A stretch of 64,000 nt of DNA from Patescibacteria group bacterium (GTDB lineage Bacteria > Patescibacteriota > Minisyncoccia > Phycocordibacterales > Phycocordibacteraceae): positions 33,315 through 97,314 of the forward strand of contig JAJDCJ010000012.1 of the NCBI GenBank assembly GCA_029260935.1. Direction: 5' to 3'. A model generated the notes under the pieces. The model was not told the DNA's origin, did not search any database, and saw only the letters and a list, made by a program, of their open reading frames with translations. Positions 56,079 to 64,000 of the stretch are shown in pieces; position 1 is the stretch's first letter; each line of letters begins with the position of its first letter. A program made the position numbers and the translations under genes.

Positions 56079-57551
56079 TTAAGACATAAGTGGTAATTCA
56101 AACCGTTCTCCTTTCTGGGGCACAGTGGTTTTAATACCCAAAAAACCACTAATGCGCTGTGCTAGAAATGCCGACGCTTCAGTTTCACCAAGCGCTACAA
56201 AAACTTCCAAAGGATTTTCCCCAGAGTGTGCTCTGCCTTTAGTGGCGACCTCTTCTGCAAAAGCAACGAGGTCATCACGGTCAGCGTGTGCCGAAAAGCC
56301 TCCCGTTTTTGAAATAGTGGCACGCACTTTCACTTTCTTTCTATCAATAACTACAGTCTTGTTTCCGTCTTGTAAGCGCCTTCCTAAACTCCCTGGCACC
56401 TGATAGCCGACAAGCAGTAATGAGGCGTTGGGATCAGGAAGATAGGTTTTTTCGTGGCTTCTAATTCTTCCACCGTGGCTCATACCGGCGCCGGCAATAA
56501 TTATTTTTGTACCAACCGTTTCATCTATTTCTTTTGAATCTTCTCTGGTATAGGTAACCTTAAGGCGGGGGAAAGAAAAAGGATCGTCGCCACGTGCAAA
56601 CTGTTCTTTCAGGTTCTCTCTCATGTAGTGTGTGTTGAGCTTGTATATTTCAGTGACTTTGGTGGCAAGAGGTGAATCAAGGAAGACCGGTACTGGTTCA
56701 ATAAGACCCTCTCTAATGAAGCGATCAAATGCTTCCAAAATTATTTGGGTGCGCTCCAGCGAAAATGATGGGATAAGGAGCGTGCCTTTTCTTTCCGTCG
56801 TGTGCCTGACACTTTTGAGTAACGCTTCTTCGCTTTCGCTTACCTCTTCATGTTTTCGGTTGCCATACACGCTTTCAGTGATAAGGTAGTCAATACCACC
56901 TTCAACTTCAGGAACTTCAGGATCAGGTAATAAAATTGCCGGGGTGCGTCCTAAGTCGCCAGTAAACAGAATTTTAGTTCCCCACACCTCAACTAACACC
57001 AGCGCTGAGCCCAAAATATGCCCCGCGTTATAGAATGTCACCGAAAAAGTGTCATGTACGACTACTGTTTTTTTATATTCAAGTGGCTGGAGTAGTGCCA
57101 TTGCCTGCTCAATATGTTCGCGTGTATACGGTGGCTCTTGGGAGCATTTAGCTGCCTCTCTCCCGATAATTGAAACGGAGTCGGCAAGCATAACCGGAAT
57201 AAGGGCACTAGTCGGTGGAGTGGCGTAGGCGGTACCGGTAAAACCTTCTTTTGCTAGTTTTGGAAACAGTCCGATGTGGTCGGCGTGCGCATGGGTGAAG
57301 AATACTGCGTCAACGGTATGTGCGTCATAAGTAAACGGTTTGTTATTTGAAGACTCACAAAACTGCTGTCCTTGCTTGAGTCCTACGTCTATTAAAATCC
57401 GCACCACTTTTTCTTTTTTGCCCGTTGTATCGGTTGCCTCCAAAAGAAAATTTGCCCCGGTTACCGAGCGGGCACCTTCTGCGAAAGTAAGCGAGAGTGA
57501 TTTACCTTTGACTTCATTGGTTGGCGGTGTTGATTCTGTTCTGTTGTTCAT
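56079..57551 (-). CDS. beta-CASP family MBL-fold RNA-metabolising hydrolase (RNase J / CPSF73-like)
   Basis: THAHADHIG zinc motif and TESVYG beta-CASP motifs; 490 aa. Confidence 0.6.
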   Translation of the reverse strand: MNNRTESTPPTNEVKGKSLSLTFAEGARSVTGANFLLEATDTTGKKEKVVRILIDVGLKQGQQFCESSNNKPFTYDAHTVDAVFFTHAHADHIGLFPKLAKEGFTGTAYATPPTSALIPVMLADSVSIIGREAAKCSQEPPYTREHIEQAMALLQPLEYKKTVVVHDTFSVTFYNAGHILGSALVLVEVWGTKILFTGDLGRTPAILLPDPEVPEVEGGIDYLITESVYGNRKHEEVSESEEALLKSVRHTTERKGTLLIPSFSLERTQIILEAFDRFIREGLIEPVPVFLDSPLATKVTEIYKLNTHYMRENLKEQFARGDDPFSFPRLKVTYTREDSKEIDETVGTKIIIAGAGMSHGGRIRSHEKTYLPDPNASLLLVGYQVPGSLGRRLQDGNKTVVIDRKKVKVRATISKTGGFSAHADRDDLVAFAEEVATKGRAHSGENPLEVFVALGETEASAFLAQRISGFLGIKTTVPQKGERFELPLMS

Positions 57552-57597
57552 ACAATAGCTTTATAGTATCTCTCTAGTATACAGCCATCAAGAATGC

Positions 57598-58029
57598 CTA
57601 TTGTTTAGTATTCGTAGTGTGTTTTGTAAACCGGCTGAATAGTACATAGGCACTGAGTGCCCCCACTATGTCCATTGCAAGATCAAATACAGTATCTCGT
57701 GTGTAGTTAAGTGCTGTGTGCAGGCCAGTAAGGTATTCAAAAAGTTCCCATACGAGACCTACAAAAAACACACCAAGCACCACCGTTAAAAACTGCGGAA
57801 TAAAAGGCCTGATACCAATGGGAACCTCGTAGGCAACCAACCATAATATACTCAGTCCAACAAAGAGCCCTCCTAAAAAATGCATGAAAATATCAAACCA
57901 CCACCATGCCCAATAGAGAAAAAACATGTTTGCCAAAAAATGAAGAAGTGCAATGAGTAGCCCAAGCACGGCAATTGCTATTCCTGACTGTGACCTGGGG
58001 TGCATATAGGACCTATTGTACCTCACCAA
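57598..58029 (-). CDS. integral membrane protein, unknown
   Basis: 143 aa, four TM helices. Confidence 0.35.
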   Translation of the reverse strand: MVRYNRSYMHPRSQSGIAIAVLGLLIALLHFLANMFFLYWAWWWFDIFMHFLGGLFVGLSILWLVAYEVPIGIRPFIPQFLTVVLGVFFVGLVWELFEYLTGLHTALNYTRDTVFDLAMDIVGALSAYVLFSRFTKHTTNTKQ

Positions 58030-58037
58030 TAAAAACC

Positions 58038-58072
58038 CGATGCAAGAAATTGCATCGGGTTTTTATTGAGGG
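58038..58072. terminator. hairpin AAAAACCCGATGCAAGAAATTGCATCGGGTTTTT
   Basis: Perfect stem flanked by A and T runs; bidirectional. Confidence 0.7.
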
Positions 58073-58239
58073 TCATCGGAATCCACATTAACCTAAAAAA
58101 TATAGGTGGGTGCTCGCAACAATCATCTGTCGGTAACGTTCCCCAAAATGAAGTGATATAAAGCTCCCGAGGATTTTCAATTCAGTGGTTAATGTTCAAC
58201 CAATAACCCTACTTTTAGTATACACCCAAGAAAATCCCA

Positions 58240-58839
58240 CTACTCTAAAATACCGTCCAAATTTACATCATAAAGAATTTGTTCAGTGACTAAACGATAG
58301 TCAATAATCTCATCAGGTGAGAACCACACCCCAATTTCCCGCTGTGCTTCGCTTACTTCGTCAGAACAGTGCACTAAGTTACGTACTGCACGCCCCGTAA
58401 AACCGGCAAGTTCATATGAGTCAACGGTGTAGTCGCCACGTAGTGTGCCCACGTCAGACGTGGTTGGTTCGGTACTGCCCACGAGTTTTTTCACAATAGG
58501 AACGACATCATTGCCCTGCACAACCATCGCTACCACGGGCCCCGACGTCATAAACGCCACATTCTGGCGCATAATGTCTTTACCGTACTCAATAGGTTCT
58601 TTTTCAATCGGAAGATCATTTTTTTCACGTGTCTCAACAATGTTTTTTCCTTTCTTTAGAAACCAGTCGTCATCTTTATTGTAGTGTGTAATGATTTGAT
58701 CCTCATTCGGAATAACCATCTTCATGGCAACTATTTTAAAACCAGCTCGTTCAACACGTGAGATAACATCACCGATGAACGACCGTTGGACTCCGTCAGG
58801 TTTCACTATTAAAAGTGTGCGTTGTTTATCAAATTTCAT
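58240..58839 (-). CDS. ndk: nucleoside diphosphate kinase (long form with insertions)
   Basis: LLIVKPDGVQRSFIGDVISRVERAGFKIVAMK and the catalytic-His region NLVHCSD. Confidence 0.75.
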   Translation of the reverse strand: MKFDKQRTLLIVKPDGVQRSFIGDVISRVERAGFKIVAMKMVIPNEDQIITHYNKDDDWFLKKGKNIVETREKNDLPIEKEPIEYGKDIMRQNVAFMTSGPVVAMVVQGNDVVPIVKKLVGSTEPTTSDVGTLRGDYTVDSYELAGFTGRAVRNLVHCSDEVSEAQREIGVWFSPDEIIDYRLVTEQILYDVNLDGILE

Positions 58840-59025
58840 ATAGCGAGTGTACCCCGTTATCAGACTTTTGTCATTATGGGTTTCGTGCGTTTTTATGTAC
58901 GTGTTTCAAAATGTACGCAGGAAGTATGGTTTAGGTTTGGCGCGTACCCAATGACTTTACAATGACAAAAGCTCGATACGGGGTGTATCATGAATACACT
59001 AAAAAAGCGAGTCAATAAGCCATAT

Positions 59026-61881
59026 CTAGACACTGCGCATTCCTTTATACTTTTCTTTAATTTCATCTTCAATGGCAGCACGTTCTTTTCCGTAACGCTG
59101 ATATGACATTTGTTTTAATGCTTCAATTTGTGCGGGATCACCGGAACGGAATGCGATTGTTTCCATTGAAAACGGCGTAAGTGGTTTTCCATGGGCAAGC
59201 ATTTTGATATATGCATTGTAGTTATCAATATGAAGCATATCTTTTGAATTAAATGTAGGGACAAACTGTTTTTCCAAAAATGATGCGTCATCTGATCCAA
59301 CACGGAAGATAGCCATTGACCCAACGTTACCGAACACTGCGTCTGAGATTGATGGCTGTAGTTGTTTGATAAACTGGTGCGCCATAGTGAGTGACAGTTT
59401 GTATTTACGAGCCTCAGAAAGAATTGTGGCAATGGTGTTGGTGGTGATGTTTTGGAACTCATCCATATAAAGGAAAAACGGTGGAGGGTTAAGGTGTAAC
59501 GAATCACTTCTACTGAGTGCCGACATTAAAATCTTTCCAACGATGATAAGACCGAGAAGGTTTGCATTAACATCTCCCAAGCGCCCCTTTGAAAGATTCA
59601 CTAAGAGGATCTTCTTGTTATTCATAATGTCTTGGAAGTTGAATGCACTCCTTTGTTGCCCAATAATCGGGCGCATAATTTCGTTTGCAATAAAGATATC
59701 AAACTTACTGGTGATGTATGGCACCACATTGCGTAGGTCACCTTCTCCACGCACCTGTTCTGCAACTTCCTCCCAGAAGTGATTGACGATTGGGTTTCTT
59801 GAACGTGAGAGCTTAAGATGTCTGAAGTCTTCATCTGAGAGCACACGTGAAATATCCATCAACGTAGAGCCGGTTTCCGGATCTTCCAACACGAGCAAGG
59901 TGGCATTTCTAAAGTACTGCTCAAAGATAGGACCGAACGCTTCAGGAGTATCACCATACAACTTTTTAAATATCTGAAACATTTCATCCACCACGAACGT
60001 CTTCTGCTCTGGGAAGCGTGGGTCATATTCCAACATATTGAGACCCATAGGGCGGTCAGTATGGGCCGGGTCAAAATAAATGAGGTCATCATAACGCTCC
60101 GGTGGAATACGTCCCAAAATATCCTGAACATCAACGCCATGCGGGTCAATAAAAGCGACACCTTCACCCCGCTCAATATCCTGGATAATCATTTGCTTTA
60201 GGAAGTTTGTTTTACCGGTACCGGTTTGCCCCACAGTGTAAAAGTGGCGCATACGGTCTTCGTTTGAGAAATGAATATCCGTTTCGACATTGGCGTGGCG
60301 ATTTTTGCCCAAAAGAATACCTTCAGTGGGCATGCCCGTCGGTGCCGGAGCAAATCTTGCATTTGAACTCTTTACTTCACGTGAGCTTGTTCCTCCACAA
60401 ATAGTTAAGTGAAAAAGCGTTGCAAGTTCAGTGAGGTTCATAGGCATGGCGGGAGTTGAATACACAAGAAGTGATTTTACCTTGAACCCACTAAACTCAA
60501 ACCTGAAAGCACGCCAAAAAGACTCAATAGGCCCTTTATCAAAGGTTCGGAAAATAAAGGAACGCAACAGAGCTTGTTTTGCTTTTTTATCTTTCGGGCG
60601 CCTGAATTTAAAGCGGTTACCGTCTGCTTCTTCATATTGTCCGAATGCCAACTCTAATTCTTCAAGCATGGCGTCTGCCCTATCGCCAGTACGTGCTGAC
60701 GTTACAATTCTGATATTCACCCCAGAAAGAATGCTTTTCATTTTCGCAATTAATTTTTCAGTTCTCTGTCCGTCAACAGTTTTTTCTCCTTCTTTTTTTT
60801 CTGAAGTATTAAAAATATTTTTAGTTCCTTTGACAAGCGAGGGAAAGAGACGACGCATAAAAGAGTACCGAGGTAAATATTTATGATCTTGAAAAATTTT
60901 TCCCGACTTTGCAGTACCAAGTTTATTTATTTCATCAAGAACACTACGGAAGCGTTTTATATGATACTCGCCGGCTCCGGCAACAGAAATCTGGATAGCG
61001 GCACCTTCTCCTTCTTTGGTGATCTTTGAAAGTGCTGACAGAAGAAGGTTCAGTGGGTCGTAAGCAAACCCCTGTGCAGTCCTAATAGGTAATAATGCTG
61101 GACGAAACAGTGTTCCATACGCAATAGAGGATTCGCCAAATTGGTTAAAGATATTATAATCATCTTTCTTTTCAACAATTCTCGTGCGGGGGAAATTTGC
61201 GAAAATTTGTTTTTCAAAAATGTCGCGACGCATACGTGGCATTGCTATATAAAAGACAGCTTCTTCACTTTCCTGTGACACCGCAATTTCCATTGAAAAA
61301 TGTTCATTATGGATTCCTTTTCTTCTTCTCCAATCTTTCAAGAAAATAGGGTCGGGAACACTCACAAACGGAATTACGCTCTGATACAGCTGTTCCATTT
61401 TTGTTACAACGTCTGCAAGCGAACTACCCTCTGCTCCAGACTCTGCCACAGGCACCGCAATTTCAAGGAGAACAAAATCAAGTGCGCGCACCAGAGGATC
61501 ATCTTTTTCCGCGCCAACAATAGCGTGTCCTCCACCCTTAAACTGCACCAATAATCTATGAAAGTCATCTTCTATATGCGGATTATCAATCTTATCAAGC
61601 TCTGCGAGTACCGCCTTAAGCCCTTTTTGATTAAGAATACCGAGCAACTCTTCCATATCCTTATCGTTATGGTCGGGACGCAACTCAAGTGAAATTTCTG
61701 GTTCATCAAGTACTGGCTGTGGCGCTGGTTGTCCTATTGGTTCAAACTCAAGCGACGGTGCCTCATCAGTGCCCCCAAAATTTGAACTTCCACCACCGGC
61801 ACCACCCGTACGCGTTTGTTCACGTAATTTAACCATTTGGTGCTCTGGTGATTGGTTTGTTTCTCCTCCGGGAGTTTTCAT
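59026..61881 (-). CDS. large HerA/FtsK/TraG-superfamily P-loop ATPase with a 570-aa N-terminal domain of unknown function
   Basis: C-terminal Walker A GQTGTGKT followed by FIDPHGVD (HerA/DUF87-like DPHGE motif), FDPAHTDRPMGLNML, Walker B FFLYMDEFQ, then AHQ. Confidence 0.55.
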   Translation of the reverse strand: MKTPGGETNQSPEHQMVKLREQTRTGGAGGGSSNFGGTDEAPSLEFEPIGQPAPQPVLDEPEISLELRPDHNDKDMEELLGILNQKGLKAVLAELDKIDNPHIEDDFHRLLVQFKGGGHAIVGAEKDDPLVRALDFVLLEIAVPVAESGAEGSSLADVVTKMEQLYQSVIPFVSVPDPIFLKDWRRRKGIHNEHFSMEIAVSQESEEAVFYIAMPRMRRDIFEKQIFANFPRTRIVEKKDDYNIFNQFGESSIAYGTLFRPALLPIRTAQGFAYDPLNLLLSALSKITKEGEGAAIQISVAGAGEYHIKRFRSVLDEINKLGTAKSGKIFQDHKYLPRYSFMRRLFPSLVKGTKNIFNTSEKKEGEKTVDGQRTEKLIAKMKSILSGVNIRIVTSARTGDRADAMLEELELAFGQYEEADGNRFKFRRPKDKKAKQALLRSFIFRTFDKGPIESFWRAFRFEFSGFKVKSLLVYSTPAMPMNLTELATLFHLTICGGTSSREVKSSNARFAPAPTGMPTEGILLGKNRHANVETDIHFSNEDRMRHFYTVGQTGTGKTNFLKQMIIQDIERGEGVAFIDPHGVDVQDILGRIPPERYDDLIYFDPAHTDRPMGLNMLEYDPRFPEQKTFVVDEMFQIFKKLYGDTPEAFGPIFEQYFRNATLLVLEDPETGSTLMDISRVLSDEDFRHLKLSRSRNPIVNHFWEEVAEQVRGEGDLRNVVPYITSKFDIFIANEIMRPIIGQQRSAFNFQDIMNNKKILLVNLSKGRLGDVNANLLGLIIVGKILMSALSRSDSLHLNPPPFFLYMDEFQNITTNTIATILSEARKYKLSLTMAHQFIKQLQPSISDAVFGNVGSMAIFRVGSDDASFLEKQFVPTFNSKDMLHIDNYNAYIKMLAHGKPLTPFSMETIAFRSGDPAQIEALKQMSYQRYGKERAAIEDEIKEKYKGMRSV

Positions 61882-61981
61882 AGTTAATAGCCGTACCTTG
61901 ATAGTATAGCAATAATCATGCCTATAGTGGCGCGCCTATTATATTCTGGTCTGAAAATTAGTAGGACGTTCCCTTAAAAAA

Positions 61982-62758
61982 CTACGGTAATTTTGTCAAA
62001 ATTTCGGGAGCTCCGTCAGTAATAAGAATAGTATGTTCAAAATGTGCAGAGCGTGAACTGTCACGTGTCACGTACGTGTAGTCGTCAGGGAGGAGTCTTA
62101 TATGTGCAGTGCCTTCAGTTAACATCGGCTCAATGGCAATCACCATACCGGGTACTAACTCTTCGCCCTCGCCCTTTTCTCCTTCGTTCATAATGTATGG
62201 TTCCTCGTGAACGACGTACCCCACACCGTGACCACCAAGATCAATAACATTGCCGTAGTTGTACGAACGTGCAACCTTTGAAATAGCATCACCGATGTCG
62301 CCAACGTGGTTACCGCCACGAGAGGCCCTTATACCTGCCTCCAACGCTTCTTTTGTAGCACGTAGAAGTCTATCTGTTTCAGGATTAGAAGCACCCGCCA
62401 CCACACTGACCGCGTGGTCTGTGATAAGCCCTTGGTGAGTGAGCCCACAGTCAAGAGAGACAATATCCCCTTCTTTAACATCATGAGGACTTTCATTGGG
62501 GATACCATGCACTATCTCGTCGTTTACTGAAATACAAATACTCGCTGGATATTCACGGTGTGCACCTTCTGGTTTGTATCCTAAGAAAGATGGTATGTCT
62601 CCTGTTTCGCGTATAAGATCATCTGCTTTTTGGTTCAACGCCAGAAGAGAAACACCAGGGACTACTAAAGCGGCAGTTGTAGCCACTACGCGCGCCAAAC
62701 GTTCTCCTCCGATACGGAGTAGTATAATATCTTCTGGTTTTTTTATAGAAGGACTCAT
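61982..62758 (-). CDS. map: methionine aminopeptidase type I
   Basis: Conserved metal ligands: D in SLDCG, then HGVGY and IEPM. Confidence 0.85.
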   Translation of the reverse strand: MSPSIKKPEDIILLRIGGERLARVVATTAALVVPGVSLLALNQKADDLIRETGDIPSFLGYKPEGAHREYPASICISVNDEIVHGIPNESPHDVKEGDIVSLDCGLTHQGLITDHAVSVVAGASNPETDRLLRATKEALEAGIRASRGGNHVGDIGDAISKVARSYNYGNVIDLGGHGVGYVVHEEPYIMNEGEKGEGEELVPGMVIAIEPMLTEGTAHIRLLPDDYTYVTRDSSRSAHFEHTILITDGAPEILTKLP

Positions 62759-62767
62759 AAAAACAGT

Positions 62768-63361
62768 TTAGAGAACATGCTCTGCTACTATACGCTCTAT
62801 TTCCTCAACTGGTAGTTGTCCATCAACATCAACAACCTTGCCCAGCGAACGGAAGTAGTCAATAGCAGGAACAGTATTTTTTTGATATTCGGCAAGACGT
62901 GTCTTTACCGACTCTGCTTTGTCTGCGCCATCACGCGCACGACCGAGAGAGCGTTCCATAACAGTTTCTTCAGAAACCTCTAAATTAAACACTGTATATG
63001 GTCTCCCAAGCCATTGAGTTACTTTTTCAAACGTTTCAGCTTCTTCTTTCGCGCGGCCAGTCCCCTCAAATACCGCGTGCTGGTCGTCAGGTAATTCAAA
63101 AAGAAAATCTTGAAAAAGATACACCGCAACCCATGCGGGCATCAAAAGCCCAGTGCCGTATTCTTTCTCAATACGCTTACCTAAATAGGAGCCAGAAGCA
63201 ATAATTTCGCGGAACCGCGCACCCGTCATAAAAAGAGGAGCACCAAGTTTTTCCGCAAGTAATTTGCCCTGCGTCTCCTTACCTGAGGCAGGTCTTCCTA
63301 CAAAAAGAAAAAGTTGTGTTGATGTGGACATACTAGGAGGTAAGAATAACAAAAAAACCAC
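62768..63361 (-). CDS. adk: adenylate kinase-like nucleoside monophosphate kinase (likely start MSTSTQ)
   Basis: P-loop FVGRPASGKETQG and an NMP-binding region. Confidence 0.55.
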   Translation of the reverse strand: MVFLLFLPPSMSTSTQLFLFVGRPASGKETQGKLLAEKLGAPLFMTGARFREIIASGSYLGKRIEKEYGTGLLMPAWVAVYLFQDFLFELPDDQHAVFEGTGRAKEEAETFEKVTQWLGRPYTVFNLEVSEETVMERSLGRARDGADKAESVKTRLAEYQKNTVPAIDYFRSLGKVVDVDGQLPVEEIERIVAEHVL

Positions 63362-63394
63362 TAAAAACCTAACGCTCTCAGAATATGATTCTAT

Positions 63395-63438
63395 CCCCTA
63401 CACTAACCCTGACCGTACGGTCAGGGTTAGTGTAGGGG
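63395..63438. terminator. 44-nt perfect palindrome CCCCTACACTAACCCTGACCGTACGGTCAGGGTTAGTGTAGGGG
   Basis: Between convergent adk and cmk; bidirectional. Confidence 0.7.
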
Positions 63439-63521
63439 AAGATTGGAATGAGGTGCTTCAAGGAAATTGTCCATACAATGCCCGGTGGCACGCTAGTATC
63501 ATTACGTATATAATACCTCGT

Positions 63522-64000
63522 ATGAGAAAGAAAATAATCACCATCACAGGAATGCCGGGGAGCGGAAAGTCATCAACAGCAAAACTTGTTGCTCCTTCGT
63601 TGGGATTTTCCCATTTTTCTTCTGGAGACTTTATGCGGGAAATTGCAGAACAACGAGGGGTTTCTATAGATGAACTAAACACCACAATGGAGCGGGAACC
63701 GATGCTTGATTATGAGGTTGACGCTGTCGTGCGTAGTAAAGAGACTGAGCATGATATTGTACTTGACTCGCGCCTTGCATGGCACTGGATACCCGACTCT
63801 TTTAAGGTGTTCCTTCGTCTTGATCAGAAAATGGCAGCGCAGAGAATTTTCAAACAAATACAAGAAGAGGGGCGTACGAGTGAAAAATTTGATACCGAGG
63901 AAGAAGTGCTTACATCAATCACTGGTCGTCTCACAAGTGAGCAGTCGCGTTACCAAGAGCTGTACGGTATCAACTACCTTGATGAGTCCCACTACGACAT
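63522..64000 (+). CDS. cmk: cytidylate kinase (3' end beyond the window)
   Basis: Translation MRKKIITITGMPGSGKSSTAKLVAPSLGFSHFSSGDFMREIA; open to the window end and not in the ORF track. Confidence 0.75.
   Translation, partial: MRKKIITITGMPGSGKSSTAKLVAPSLGFSHFSSGDFMREIAEQRGVSIDELNTTMEREPMLDYEVDAVVRSKETEHDIVLDSRLAWHWIPDSFKVFLRLDQKMAAQRIFKQIQEEGRTSEKFDTEEEVLTSITGRLTSEQSRYQELYGINYLDESHYD

Overview
This 64-kb window comes from a compact, gene-dense bacterial genome using the standard genetic code. Most genes are on the minus strand. The gene content points to a reduced-genome lineage, possibly Candidate Phyla Radiation/Patescibacteria-like, but that is inferred and untested. It has a complete type IV pilus/competence cluster (pilM-N-O, pilB, a receiver-domain regulator, pilT, pilC, pilA, pilD, four pseudopilins, comF), very few biosynthetic genes and many small membrane proteins.

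Housekeeping content I am confident of: typA, pyrG, ftsEX, prfB, gatCA, ligA, zwf-gnd, recG, ftsH, smpB, infC-rpmI-rplT, ndk, map, adk, cmk, idi, msrB, bcp, and DNA glycosylases.

Seven tRNAs are present: two tRNA-Thr, tRNA-Asp, tRNA-Met, tRNA-Ser(GCU), an unusual tRNA-Ile(UAU), and a tRNA-Gln(CUG) whose D-loop is split by an 81-nt insertion.

The accessory signal concentrates around the tRNA genes.
- Two loci, 13.77-15.78 kb and 42.6-43.45 kb, share conserved non-coding 5' and 3' ends but carry different cargo. Both sit next to tRNA sequence. One cargo is an operon of a membrane-anchored coiled-coil protein plus an ABC/SMC-type ATPase, which I rate as a candidate undescribed defence-like system.
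- A P-loop kinase gene is bracketed by perfect 29-bp direct repeats.
- A short-repeat family beginning (GTA)AGCAAAGC recurs at four places. One copy interrupts tRNA-Gln, one sits between a 9-bp duplication of the tRNA-Thr 5' end, and a third (21.93-22.09 kb) carries a GCTCCGCCGGGC motif shared with a three-unit tandem array 3' of tRNA-Ile (48.8-49.2 kb).
- tRNA-Met and tRNA-Ser are flanked by partial copies of their own ends. LAGLIDADG-type genes sit immediately 5' of tRNA-Asp and tRNA-Ile.
- Long perfect palindromes share a 27-bp core at two sites.
- A ~330-nt RNA with a tRNA-like 3' end is a possible tmRNA, unconfirmed.

No integrase, transposase, CRISPR-Cas or phage structural genes are visible. 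All assignments rest on reading the sequence and ORF translations by eye, with no searches run.
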